DNA of 64,000 nucleotides from Malacoraja senta (Eukaryota). The notes under the pieces were generated by a model, which saw only the letters and a list, made by a program, of their open reading frames with translations, ran no database searches and had not been told where the DNA came from. Position 1 is the first letter of the stretch; every line of letters starts with the position of its first letter. A program made the position numbers and the translations under genes. The stretch covers positions 6,448,001-6,512,000 of the forward strand of contig CM075981.1 in the NCBI GenBank assembly GCA_038087875.1, read 5' to 3'. Of the stretch, positions 30,201-45,200 are shown in pieces.

Positions 30201-33200
30201 CGTGAGAAATTTAAAGGAGGAACCACATGCACACAAGCTCAGCGGTTGGTTGTTCTTGCTGTTGTTTAGAAATCACCAATTTTTATCATTGTTCTTAAAT
30301 TTTGATTCTCACCTGGCAAAAGGCATCTCAAATGGCAAAACTTCACTTGGCAGATGCATATTTTTTCTAAGTTACTGTAGTTGGCAGAATTTTGTGCAAT
30401 GTCTTTGTTAATGAGTGTGCACGCATGTGAAACCCATGTCACCCATTCCTCCTCTCCAGAGATGCCGCCAGTCCCGCTGAGTTACTCCAGCATTTTGTGT
30501 CTACCAACCACATACACATCTATACACACATATATACAGACAAGTAGGTATGTTACAAAACTTACCTTCAGTCGCGCTGTAATTCTGCCACTGGCCGTGT
30601 GCGCGATTTTGGCGCCTTTAAGGGGGGGGCGGGGTTAAAACGCTGTTTCTCCTCCCTTGTCCGGAATTATATTTCGTTGGAGTACAAGCCTTGGCTGACA
30701 AATCGTTCCTAGCGGCGTTTTGTGAATTTTTTATTTTTATTAAATCGTCAATGTCAGCGCTGGAGTAATTTTAAAAGCAGCTCCTGAAGCGTCAACGCCG
30801 ATAACGGGGACGGATTTCACACACGGGACAGGTAAACGAAAGTGGTTTCTTTAAATGTATAAAAGTGCTTCTTAAGAAGCCTTTAATTCACATTTTTTCA
30901 TGCAACACGGTGATTTTATTCCCCGAATTAACGCAAATGAACGTTCCAAAAGATCGCGTTCCAGAAATCCTCACTCACAAGATGATTTAAATGCCCATTA
31001 ATTTACAGGTATTAAACATTCAATTCCTTCCATTTGGCCTGTAAATTCATGAAAATGAGATTTAAAAATTATGTTATATTGTGAATTATTGTGTGAATGT
31101 TATTTGGACACAGGCTATTTAAAAATGTTAATCTATTCTTAAGAAATTGATAGATGTTTAGATCTAGTAATTGAATTTTGTAATTAGCTACAATTAGGTA
31201 ACTAACTAATTATATGCTTTACTTTCATGTCTTCGAAGTAAGATTTTCATATTTGTTTCAGAATGCTTCAATCTATAATAACTGAAAATGTCTTTCAGTT
31301 ATCATAATTTTTAAGAAATTTATCGGCTTTTAACTGTCCTCGATCACAGCTTTTGTGTTAAGTTAATGGAAAAGCAATAGGGAACTAGATGCTAATTTCT
31401 GAGTATGATAATGGCCATAACCTTTTTAATACTGAAGATATGAAAGTGAATTAAGTGACAAATTAAACATCTTTTTATGCTTTATCTGATGGGATAAATT
31501 GCAGACTTTATTTTTAAAATCTCAACATTTTGTAACATTGCTAAGACAAGTACAGACATTTAATTGCCCCTCCCGAGCTGCAGTCATGGGATGATGCTGC
31601 CATTTTAACTGACACAATCCCAGTGCTGTCTCATAACCAAATTCTGCCTCATCGTTTTCACTGAATGGTATTATGCTTCATGTTGTTTTAAGTTTTAACC
31701 CACAACCACATGTACCATGGAAAACCTTTTCAGCGCACTGTCCATCTTCTAATCCACGGATAATAACCATTGTCCCCGTTACGGACAATCTTTCCACCCC
31801 AAAAAGCATCAGTAAACATGGTCCTAATCTTTCACTTCATGATTTCATCATCTAGCTTCATCTCAAACTAATATGCAAATTGTGTTTTGCACCAAACTTG
31901 GAATCTTCACCTCTCCAAGACATTCCAAATTGCTTGGAATTATATTAGACTTATTGTCCAGTTGCATTGCAAATGAAGGTCAACTCATTTGCCTTTTAAA
32001 TTGCTTGCTTACTCTACATGTTAATTGTTAAAGAAAAACTGCTGGAGGAACCCAGTGGGTGAAGCAGCATCTGTGAATGCAGAGGGGGGGGGGGGGGGAT
32101 GGCTGATTAGTTGAGTTTTGTTTAGTGATTCAGCTTTGGCCCATCGACTCCACATCGACCAGCGACCATTTAACACAAGCACTATCCTACACACTAAGCA
32201 CAATTTACAGAACCCAATTAACCTACAAACATGTATGCTTTTGGAATATGGGAAGAAACCAGAGCACCTGGAAAAACCCCATGCTGTCATGGGAGAACAT
32301 ACAAACTCTGTACAGACAGCACCCTTAGTCAGGTTTGAACCCGGGTCTCAGGCAGTGTAAGGCAGCAACTCTACCGCTGCACCACCGTGCCGTGATGTTT
32401 TGGATCAAAACCCTGCATTGGGATTGAGTGATGAGTGAGGGATGGCCAGTATATAGCAGTGAAAGGAAGAGGCGAGGCAGAAATAGGTGGAAGCAGGTGA
32501 GGAGGGGGATGATGGGGCCAGGCAGTTGGGGATGGGTTGGGGAGGTAATGTCAGAGACTGAAATGGAATAAGCGGAGCTAAAGGGCTATAGATTGTGGAG
32601 AAGTAAAATGGCAGGCAACTGGAAGCCCAGGATGGTATACTAAAACTCAATTTTTTAAACCAAACAAAATTACTGGGAAGATTTTTTCCAATTCAAGGAA
32701 AACCATCGTTCATGAAACGTGACCAAATTAAATTGATAAATTTACGTGAATCCGCTTAGGATTTGATTGAAGGTAAAATGCAAACACGCTTCCATGTACA
32801 AAAAAGTGACACAATAATTAAACAAAATGCATAGAGCTTAAGAGCTGGTTCTTAAAAGAGGTAGCACAGGGATGGATAGATTTGCAAAGTTTGTCAAGAG
32901 AGCTCAGTGCACATTTGGGAACACCATGTCCATAGAATGTAACATTTATCTGCATTAAAATCAAAACAGCAATTATTTAGATATTTCTTTGACTTAAGAC
33001 TTAAGTGCTTATCCATCCCTTCATACCATCCGCTCACCATCCTCTAACCAATTGAAATCCAAGTCATGCTGCAAAGGATGTGACTCGAATCAGAATTTAA
33101 TCAAATAATATACACATTTTTTAAATATTAGACCACCAGAAACTGAGGAATGAATGATGAGTCCAACCTGCTGCCACAATCGAGGCAGCCACAGGCATCT

Positions 33201-36200
33201 CCGTGAGACCACACAACAAAGATGCAGAAATGGAAATTACAGTTCACAAACAATTAAAGTTGTTCAAAGCTGGAGTAATCCCAGGCTGATGAACTGGAAT
33301 GCAGTGTTTTAATTAAAGCTGAAAAAATGACTACGCCCGATAAACCAGCCGAGTAGCAGCTTCATTCTCCCAGATGCAAGTTAATGAATCGGTTTTATCT
33401 GGAGCAGCATTGAAACTGTCCTTGGTGCTGCTCTCTTGGGCTCCGAGTCACACAGTGCAGAAACAGGCCCTTCGGCCCAACTGACCCACACCGACAAACA
33501 TGCACCATCCACGCTAGTCCCACTTGCCTCTAAACCCGTCCTATCCATGCACCTGTCTAATTGCCTCTTAAACATTGCAATTATCCCCGCCTCGTTCCAA
33601 ACACCCAGCACCCTATGCGTGAAAAAGTAACCCCTTAAATTCCTATAATATCTTACCCCCTTCACCTTAAACCTATGCGTGGCCAGGGTGGTGTGGCTTC
33701 CCGATGATGCTGGCTGCCTTTGAGGCAGCGACTCTTGTAGATCCCATTGACGGTGGGGAGGTCAGTACCCGTGATGGGCTGGGCAGTGTTCACCACTTTT
33801 TGCAATCTTCTTCATTCCTGGTTGCTCGAGTTGCCGAACCAGTCAATATGCTCTCTGCTGCATGGCCGTACAGGTTAAAGAGTATTCATTGACATACTGA
33901 ATCTCCTCAATCTTCCACAAGTGGAAGAGTCTAGGACCAGAGGCCACAGCCTCAGAATAAAAGGACGTACCTTTAGAAATGAGACGAGGAAAGATTTATT
34001 TAGTCAGAGGGTGGTGAAACTCGAATTCATTGCCACAGAAGGCTGTGGTGGCCAAGTCAAAGGATATTTTTAAGGTGGAGATTGAGAAATTCTTGGTTAG
34101 TATGGGTGTCAGGGGTTATGGGGATAAGGCGGGAGAATGGGGTTGATGGATGAGTCATGATTGAGTGGCGTAGTAAACTAAATGGGCCAAATAGCCTAAT
34201 TTTGTTGCTATAACTTATGAACATTTATTAACTTACCGCTTTGCCCTTTTCTTTCTCAGCATTTCTAATTAATCTCAATTCAGCTCTCATTTTCCTTGAA
34301 CGACTTCCACTTAACTTTTCCCCTGAACAAAAAGGTTATTGAGCCAGCAAAGATCAGTTGAACAACATGATCCTCCCTGAATCATGATATTTAAGCTATT
34401 TATGAAAATAGTAGAGGAAAAGAATACTAACATTCATAGCGCCACGGGGAGGAGCACACAACAAAAGAAGCATTTCCTATAGGACAGCAGCGAAGTAGTT
34501 TTGCTACATTGTCAAACCTTCAACACTGGTGCAGTTCAAAAGCTTTCTTCAAGGACGGTAGCCACAGTGCAAAGGAAGCAAAATTCTCCTCTTGCTCCCT
34601 TGAGGAAACTCCAATTGCCTAGTGTTCTGGAGGCAGGGAAATAGAGATGGGAAACTTCAAGCAGAACCCCGAAACAGCCATAAATTACCAGTCGGCTCTG
34701 CACAGAAACACTCAAGATTAATGAAGCGCAGAGATCAAACTCAAAGTAATTCTGTCTCAACCAAGTTTCTTCACAGTATTCCACGATTCCTTTGCAGTCG
34801 GCTTTCAAACAGTCAGACGCTTGCTGAGGAATTTTGTGGGTTACCAAAAATAGCTCGGGCTTAACTAATATTTTTCCACACAGAACTGGCAGCTGGAGCA
34901 TTTATGACTGCCCATCCTCCCTATAAATATGCCATAACCTACCACAAAAATGGGCGTAGAGTGAACATCCTCACGTTATAATACTCCATTGTGCACATCC
35001 AAAACTAACGCACAAGGTTGTCTCACCTTCCTTAAGTTACTGGTCTAAGTTAAACATTCAACAAGAAACATAATAAAACAATTCCAGAAATTATTCGGTC
35101 TCAAGGATAAACATGTATCATAATACATAGGCCCTTAAATAATGTCACAGTCACCTTGGGGAACCCAAAGTTCATTTATTCTTAATGGTGAGCAAAGTCC
35201 CAAGATATTTTTGCTCCTGTTCAAGGTCACAGAGGGATAGCAGCTAAACTAGATTAAGAATATTTCTCATTTCGAGGTGAATACACTAGTTTCACTAACT
35301 TACACTTTTAATTTTGTTTACATTAGATTCATATGAACAGGTCAATATTTGTTCACATCAGCAACATTAAAGACTTGGACAGTTTAGAAAGCGACCAAGC
35401 CTGAGGTGGCGTCTCAAATAGCAACAATAGCTTGTGGCTTCAGAGCTTATAACTTTAGCAGTCGGTTCAGCAAATAGGAGGCAGATTCAAGGTTGTATCT
35501 TAAGATAGACAAAATGCTGGAATATCTGGAGTCAAGCAGCACCCCCTAACATTCTCTCAACGTCAGCAAGACAAAGGAGATCATGATCAACTTCAGAAAG
35601 CAAAGTGGAACGCACAGACTGGTGTTCCTCGACAGCGCCAAAGTGGAGATGGTTGAAAATTTCAAATTCTTAGGAGTAAATAGTCCAGCAACTTCACCTG
35701 GACTAGCTATCTTTGAAACAATGGCCAAGGGAGCAAACCAACGCCTCTATTTCCTGAAAAGGCTTGGGAAGCTGAGCATGCCCCAAACATCTCTCTCCAA
35801 CTACTTGAAATGCATTTTATCGGTTTGAATCACAGCATGGTTTGGGAACAGCAAGACCACAAGAAATAGTAGAGTTTTGGACATGGTCCAGACCACCACA
35901 CAAACCAACCTTCCTTCCATTGACTCCATCTACACCTTACGTGATCTTGGTAAGACCACCAGCAGAATCAAGGAACAGTCTTACCTTGGTCACTCCCTTC
36001 TCCCCTCAGGCAAGAGGTACCTCAGCACGCATGACAAACTAAATTATACTAAACATCTCTGGAGAAAACTGATGTTTCCAGTCGGGGCCCTTCTTAATTT
36101 TGTGTCGACCTTTGATATAAACCAGCAACTGCAGTTCCTATTTATTACACTGAGTGTATTTAACTGCTAGTGGGCGAGTGGCAAGTACAAACAGTTTACC

Positions 36201-39200
36201 ATTCACTTAGCAAGGATAAACCAAAGCTGCGAGTTGTGGTTGAGTCGAGTTCAGTTTATCGTCAGGTGTACCGAGGTACAGTGAAAAGCTTTTGTTGCGG
36301 GCTAACCAGTCAGTGGAAAGACAATACATGATTACAATCGAGCCATCCAGTGTACCTTTTCAGTTTGCACCTCTTGCTAGTTTTCAATAAGGAACTCACA
36401 GCACCTTCTAGATCTCAAATATAGAAAATGGATAAAGCAAAGGATATTTTCATAAAGTACATGACAAATGGAACAACAGGTAAACATGTCTCAAATCTTC
36501 AAAACCTTGGTCAAAATCTATTCTGTTCAATGACACTGAAGAGATCTAACGTGAAACTGCAACAAAGCCTCTCAGCCAGGACATAGAGGGACGCAGGATG
36601 AAATTTGCAGGACGTACTCAGAATATCACCAGAACGTGTACCTGGGATAGCAATGACACGGCAACCTGACGGAAGGAGGAAAAGAGGCCGACCAAAACTC
36701 ACATGGAGGTGAAAATTCCAGAAGGATTTGGAACCCCGGGACGCAAGCCTATCGAGGGTGGAAGACGTCGCACATGACCGAACAGAATGGCGAAAGCTTG
36801 CTGCCCAATGCACTCAACAGCGTGGGAGGAACGAAGTCTAAGTAAATAAGTCAGTGACACTTTGCATCAAGACAAAATGAATTGAAATCATGTCTCGAGG
36901 TAACTCTGAGCTGAACATTTATATATTTGAAAATAAGGCAAAAAAACAAAACAATTTGTGAATAAACTGAGGGACCGGTCTAATTTTACAGCTGTTCAGA
37001 TGCTTATCTTTCAAGCTGAGACTGAGTAAATCAGACCATGAAGACTGCTTTCAGTGTATGCCAAGCTGCAAGCACCACAGGTTTCCTTTACTTTTGACAT
37101 TTTCCAACCAACGCTTGGGTTTTATTACTCGGTTGTTTTGCAAAACAGACCCAGATGTGTTGCAATGAGAGAGATGACAGGAACGGAAATAACCAGAACA
37201 GCAGCATTTCAGTTTCCAAATGACTCAGCTTTTATAAGAGGAATTTGGTACATCTGTACAGTATCATAACAAATTATTAAGGAGTGCAAGCATTCAAGCT
37301 CGTGTTGTAAAGATTGATGCCTTCCCAGGTTTAGTACATGCTCACAAGTAGCTTATCAAATCATCACTTCAATAGATTCAACATTTACTTCATGTCAGTA
37401 GTCACCTAACACCATGTCCTTCATATAACACATGATGGGGTTTTACTGTATAATAGATAATGTCTGACTGCAACATTATAAACCAAAAAATAATAATTAA
37501 GGTCTATTCATAGTCACAGCTACAATGCATGGAAACAGGCCATTCTGTCTACCTTGTCCATGCTGACCAAGTTGACACACTGGGCTTGTTCCATTTGCCT
37601 GCATTTGGCCAATAACCCTTCAAACCCTATCTATACATTTGTCCAACTGTCTTCGAAAATTCTAACAACTTCTGTACCTTCCTCTGGCAGCTCATTCCAG
37701 ATACTGACTACTGAGTGCCGAGTGAAAATGTTGCCTCCGAGGTTCCTCTTAAATCTTTTCACCCAGAGTTGTGAATCTGTGGTTTTCAACCAGAGAGTTG
37801 TAAATTTGTGGAATTCTCTGCCACAGAAGGTAGCGGAGACCAATTCACTGGAGGTGTTCAAAGAGAGAGTTAGAATTAGCTCTTAGGGCTAAAGGAATTA
37901 AGAGTATGGGGAAAAAAAAAAAGCAGGAACGAGGTACTGATTTTAGATGATCAACCATTATCATATTGAATGGCGGTGCTGGCTTGAACGGCCAAATGGC
38001 CTACTCCCCTCTTATCTTATGCCCTCTAACTTTAGAATCCTCTACCCTGGGAACAAGACTGCAGTCTAGGGTTTTTTTCAGCTGAAGGGAGCAATGAAGG
38101 AAAGGTAGAAAAATAAAGAAATTGGTAGCACACAATTTTAAGTTATGTTCCAATTTAAGCAGCAGAGTGTGGAATGAGCTGCCAGAGAAAGCTATAGAAC
38201 CTGTAACAAATATAACTTTTAAAGGACAGTTGGACAGATATATAGATCGGATTTAGAGGGCTATGGGCTAAATGCATGCATATGGGACTAGCCCAGTGTG
38301 TCAATCTGGTTAGCATGGACGAGGTGGGCAGAGGGCCCCGTTTATACGTTGTATACCTTAGACTCAACCCGGGTTTGTTTGTTTTTAGGTTGGTAATGTT
38401 GCCAGTCAGTTATTCTATCCATTATTTTGTCAACCAATTATTTTGACAAGGTTAATTCCCAGGATGGCGGGACTGTCATATGCTGAGAGAATGGAGCAGC
38501 TGGGCTTGTACACTGGAGTTTAGAAGGATGAGAGGATATATCATTGAAACATATAAGATTGTTAAGGGCTTGGATGCACTAGAGGCAGGAAACATGTTCC
38601 CGATTTTGGGGGAGTCCAGAACCAGGGGCCACAGTTTAAGAATAAGGAGTAAGCCATTTAGAACGGAGACGAGGAAACACTTTTTCTCACAGAGAATGGT
38701 GAGTCTGTGGAATTCTCTGCCTCAGAGGACGGTGGAGGCAGGTTCTCTGGATGCTTTCAAGAGAGCTAGATAGAGCTCTTAAAGATAGCAGAGTCAGGGG
38801 ATATGGGGAGAAGGCAGGAACGGGGTACTGATTGGGGATGATCAGCCATGATCACATTGAATAGCGGTGCTGGCTCGAAGGGCCAAATGGTCTACTCCTG
38901 CACCTATTGTCTAACCCCCCCCCCCCCCATGATGTATTACATGAAGGATATAGTGTCAGAGAGGAGCCGACTGACATGATAAATGTTAAATCAATGTGAT
39001 CAATTGACAAGCTACTTGTGACCATATACGGAACTCGAGAACCATACATGCACAAATAGCGGTTGTCGTGATAAATGCAGCTGCACACTAACTAAGGGTG
39101 GCATTGGAGCATAGTTCTCAACAAAATATTCTACATCTTTTAAATACTCAGCAGGTCAGACAGCTTATTTGGAGAGAAACCAGTCAATGTCTGATTAATG

Positions 39201-42200
39201 TGTTGCCAATCTGAACCAAGTATTTTCCATCTCTGAAGACACTTCCCAACTTGCAGAGTGTTTTAAACAATGTTCACTGCATTTGATTTGGTGGTGACAA
39301 CAAGGGAGACAGGGGCAAAATAACGTACATTTTCTTTCAATGGGGCAATTAATTTACACTCAGACTGTCCACAAGTGGGAAAGTTGCTGTGGGATAGTAT
39401 TTATTTGACTCCAACAACTATATCATCAGTTTGGCACAATGGCAAATCAGTGATTGAATTACAAGGATAATGTGCAACATACTTGATGAGGTTAGAAAGT
39501 TAGCATATGATGATGATGTAAAAAAAAAAGCCTGTAGGGAAAGAGATTAGTGAACGATCAAGACATTTGCAGAATGAGTACAATATAGGAAACGGCAAGA
39601 TTACTTACACTGGAACACCAATGAAGGAGATTGAAATGGAGACTAAGTGTGGATGGTACTCAGGCTCATGGTATAATTTCATTACTTGCATTCCATACCA
39701 TAGCAGTGCAGTTTACAATGTGGAATAGCAGTGGAAGCAGGTTCTCTCAGGACAAGCACATGGGGAATTTAAAGACTTCAAGAGAAGCAGAGTCTGTCCC
39801 AGAAGATTAAAAACTGCTCTCCTTGAATTGACGTCGCAATTAATCCAAAAGGGCCACACAGCCTCGATCTGACCAGTACTCTAAAACCACCTGCATGTCA
39901 ACACCATCGTACTCATAGATCAATTAATAATTTTCAGTGCGCCATGGCTGGGGTCCACATCAATCCAGTAGCTATTACAACATGTCAAATATTTAGCTCC
40001 AAAGCAGGAATTGAAAATGAATGGCTAGTTATTCCAATAAAAGCAACTGATGTCATCTGTACATTTTTGCATATTTTAAATTAGATTAAAACTAAATTAA
40101 ACAATCAGGATGACATAAACATGGATTAACTCATTTTGGCAGCTTTTTATATGTGAGAAAAATGGGAATGAAACGCCAGTTAAATTAAACTTTATAGCAT
40201 GCAACCCCAGCCAGAACTGCCTGGGAAGACAATGCTGCATCTTTTTACACTTGTAACTGGTTCAATACCACAAAGACAGATTAGCCAGTGTTTAAATGTA
40301 TTGAAAATGGTAAAAAGTTGACTTTAAGCATTATTTAAAAGCGTATTTTTTTCCCCATTAAACCCCCCCACCAATCTCCATAATTGAGCAACACATTAAC
40401 AAAATCCCAACGTTTCTATGCTCTGGTTCTGTTGCACTATATCATATACAAATACAACATTCAAGCCAGGGTATAATCAGAGGGCTTCATTCATCTTAAT
40501 TCCACGATACTGGTACTTGCTTCAGAGCACTATTATGAGGCTGTGCTTGAGAATAGTTTATTGTTTAGTTGTTAAAAAAAACATGCATTCGAGGCCAAAA
40601 TGCTCAGCACCACAGCACAGCTCATTTCTTAAGCATTAAGAAATGTACCTCCTGTTTATGAAGATGAAATGAAGACACTGCCAACTCAGGTTGCCGTGTT
40701 GCAAATGGAAGATTGCAGACAATTCACTCAGCCTCCTCACCAATTCTTCCCTCAAGCCTTGAATGGCAACAGGAACACATTCACTTTTACATCAACAACG
40801 TGGCTACCCATCTCAAACCGAATGACACAGAAGCTATAGCTTTGGAGCAGACAACTTAAGGAGGGTCTCAACCAGAAATGTCACCTATTCCAACTCTCTA
40901 GCTTTTTTTTTTTTTTTTATAATTCATAGTTTGTAAACTGCTTCCATGTGATATCACACACATGACCGGTCATACTTGACCTCTGACACTAAACAAAGAG
41001 GCGAGTGGTGGAATATTGCGTTGGGGGACCAGGCCTCTCAGGTGACAATCTAGTAACATTTAAAAAATTCACTTGATAAACCGAAAAAAAAGAATCATAT
41101 ATACAATACAAAACAATATACCTGTAATGTTTCATAATTAGAAGAGATGTATTCCACAATTTTTCATATTTTTGGTCACACATGTGACTAAAAATGGGCC
41201 TTCTCCAGAGATGCTGTCTGACATGCTGAGTTACTCCAGCATTGTGTCTATCTTCAGCTATAGCATAGAATCATTTATCCAGGAGATTGTAAGTTTAAAA
41301 TCTGGCAACAAAGTATAGTTGGCACTCTTTCATAATACACTCATTCAAGAAACACACTGGAATTTTTCCAACTTTGCAGAAAGTATATCACTGAAAAAGA
41401 TATTCTGCATTTGCTGAAAACTTCAGAAAAAATGTACACACACACGTAAAGCAGTACCGATTCAGCAAACGAGCTTGCATTTTACACTGCCACATATGAA
41501 TGCATTTTTCCATGTGACAAATGTAATTGTGCAGTGTTAAGCCCTGGTATCTAACCTTGGGCTCAATTAAAAAAGATGAAAACATACCAAAAACCAAGCC
41601 ACAAATGACTTTCTCTTTGTGGCAGTCCCATGTGAAATTTGTCAACCCACATTTAAAACTTAGATCATTTACCATCACGTTTCAAAAGCAAAACTTTAGA
41701 ATTACAGAAATACACTATTCAACCTCATGTCTGTGCAAGCCAAAGTCTCCAGCCAATTCCAACTTTCCAGATTTGGTCCATAGTTTTATAGGTTACAAAA
41801 CTTCTATTCTTAATTTCCCCATTTCATGCACACGTTTCCACTTCAGCCGACCTTTCACACTGCTAGTTCCAAATCCCCACCATCCTCATGAAAAAATATT
41901 TATATCTTTGTCCGAACTACTTTATGTCCCACAGCTGGTGATCTAAGCTAAAGGTCAGTTTCTTTCACCCCATGCACCCTCCCAATGTTGTTTCAAAAGA
42001 AATTTCTAACCAATAAATCCAGCACATCTAGCAACAATGCCATTGTTTACTTTTGTACACTGTTGCCCTTCCTAATGCGATTAACCTCAAGGCCTTGATC
42101 CAAGTTATCCACACTACAATTCCAGCATGTCTTTCTTACCAAAATTTACAATCTGTCTTTATTTTACTTAATGTAAAATAAGATTATCAATGGACAAGTA

Positions 42201-45200
42201 CTCAGGAGTCACTGTTCCCCTACACTCAACACTTTTTGTGACTAATTACTGTGCATTCACTTTACGTAGTCTACTTCCACCAAATGAATCACCTTGAAAA
42301 ACAAAAAAACATCTTGCTTGTTTTTCATTTGCCACCTGTCCAATGCACTGGTATCTTCTTGGGATATCATTTTCTTCATGATAAAAATAATAATAATAAT
42401 TCACAATTCCAGTGCACAGATTTACAGCTTAAACTTTAAAAATTAATAGCAATATACCATTGCAAACAGAATTTTCCAGTTACTGAAACATGCCAATTAT
42501 GCTCAAGCTGAGCTTTTCCTTAACTGAACGCACGACGTCTGGAAGCTAGTTAGAATTTTTATTTAATCAATTTAACCTATTATATACGTTATTGGGCACA
42601 TTACCTCCGTAGAACCCATAATGATTGATTTAAAAAAAAGGCTTAACATCCTTCATTGTTCATTGTCTTAGATGATGACTTTTATTATATTACATCTATC
42701 CTAATCCCAAATAACATCTTCACAGGAAAGTCTGCTGTTATATCATGTCTGGTCATTGATTATACAATAACTGAGTCATATTGGTAATACAACTGACAAA
42801 CATGCAGCAGCCAGAATCTGTGTTAATCCATAACTACAACATCATTGGCAGTGCAAACATTAAGTACACAATATGGTAATATGCGCTATTGTAAATGAAA
42901 ATCACTACATTCATAAGTGATAGGAGCAAAATTAGGCCATTTGGCCCCTCAAATCTACTCCGCCATTCAATCATGGCCGATCTATCCTTCTCTCAACCCC
43001 ATTCTCCTGCCTTCTCCCCAAAACCCCTGACACTGGATACAAATGGATTTTATCATTTAAATTGGAAAATGCATCTCAATTCTTTAAATAAAAAAAGTAG
43101 ACAAAATTCCTTATTCTTGCTTTCCCACAAACTAACTCATGATAAATGTCCACATTAATGATCATCATATTACCTGCAATAACGGATGGTGTAACGTTAC
43201 TTCCAGGTGAGCCGCACGATGTGCAGGATCTTCACTATCTTGGATTTCTAGGTCCTCCTCCGGAATGGTGTCCCATTTTCCCTGGTGTGCCGCAAGATGG
43301 TGGACCAATACATAATGTCCTGGCAAAGCCAAACTAACACTTGTCCTCTTACCGTGGGTGAATTTCAGCCGACGCCTTTTACACTTACTATCATTGCTGC
43401 CCTTGACAACGGGTAAGATCCTTTCGCCCAAAAGACTGTTCAGTACGTGACACTTGGCCCAGCAATTCTGACCTAGGATCATTATGCAGGGATAGCAACC
43501 CACTGTTGCTTGGAGGTAGTCCTCTTCATGACAAGGGAATGAAATGCAGCATAAAGGACCTAGAAAATCAAAAGAGAAATTAAACAGATATTACTTCCAA
43601 ATTACCCTTAAATTCACTAACCTGTTCTGTGAACTAATGTCCATGACCTGGGAGCCAGCGGCACTCGGATATATTAACCAGGCCCAGATGTTGGTAAATT
43701 GAGATGGAAGTATGGGCTCTCCAACACAACCAAGTATCTGGAAGCATAACCAGTTGGGTACAACCAAAGTTAAATATCGCCCCAGAGCAATAATGAACAG
43801 CATCTCTATCCTCCCCCAAACCCCATTCATTTTATTTATTTAATTTTTAAAAGTGTTATCTTCAATTAGGAGAGAACTGCAGGGAAGAAGTTGGGGAGGA
43901 GGGAGGGATATTACTTGAAATTGGAGGATTCAAATGTCCATACCACTGGGATGCGAGCTTTGAGGAATACAAGTTGTTCTTCCTTCCCCCTTGCGGCCTT
44001 ATTTTGGCAATGGATGAGGTTGAGGAGAGAACCGACAGCATGGGAGTGTGAAAGGAATTTGAAAAGTCTAGCAACCAGGAACTGCAGTCAGCCTTGGTAA
44101 ACAGAGTGCAAGTGGTTGATAAAACAGTCGCCTAGTCTATGCTTGGTCTCAGCAAGGTAGGAAGGTTACTTCAGGAGCATGAAATGTTGCAGGTGAGGTG
44201 AGGGGAAGTGTCTCACCTGGAAAGAGCTGCTGGGTTTCCTGAATGGAAGAGAGGGAGGTATGGGAATAATTGTTGCATCTCCTGTATTTGCGAAGCACGG
44301 GGGGGGGAGGGGGGAGATGAGATGAACGAAGAGAGCTGTTGAGCAAGTCAGAAACTCGTACTCAGAATCCCGCTGCGCAGTAAACAAACTATTCTTTTAG
44401 AAAGCTGCAATGTAAAGTGCAATAGGTTAGTTCCGTGTGAGATGTTGAAATATACTTTAAATTAATAAAAGAGATCTGGCCAGTCATAAAATCTCTCATA
44501 CTTTGGATAATACAATAACATGGAAGTAATTACTGTCGTGAGGCATGTGTGGAAAAGATAAATTAGATTGAGGAAACTACCTCAATATGCAATTTTGCAT
44601 ATTAATTTCTTTAACTTGAAACATGAGCACTCAAAATAACTAACCCATAATAAATAATCTATATTACTATAGAGACAAGCAGCACCTCTAGATGCAGATA
44701 AGCTCTCTAACAGGTTGGATTGTAACATGTGCAACCTGATAAGATGGAGATCATCATATCAATATCAAATGACAAATCAGGGAATATTGTTCTCCCCAAG
44801 GAAGAATATTAATTGTGGTCACGGAATGCATTTCAAACGGATTCCTAGTATCGCTTTTATTTGTTGAGGAAAGAAAGCAGTATGGTCTGTAATAATTAAT
44901 GTTTTGGAGAAATTGGGTGGTATGATTGAGAAATGAAAATAATTGGTTCTGAGCAGGGTAGATGCTGTTTTGCCTGGCAATGCAGTTTCAATAAAAAGGG
45001 GTTATAATTCATTAAACAAAGTTTGATATTTCTTCCATGGGATTGGTGGAGGGAAACGACTTCATCTACCCTATTTACATCTCTCAAGTTTATAAATACC
45101 CCTTTCCTGTATCTATACACTGTGGGCGGCTTGATTGTAATCATGTATAGTCTTTTCGCTGACCGCATAGCATGCAATCAAGAAGCTTTTCACTGTACCT

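Noticed and set aside
34536-34901. 121-aa minus ORF in unique intron 2 sequence
   Set aside because: No recognisable homology or motif and no convincing splice context; length compatible with chance.
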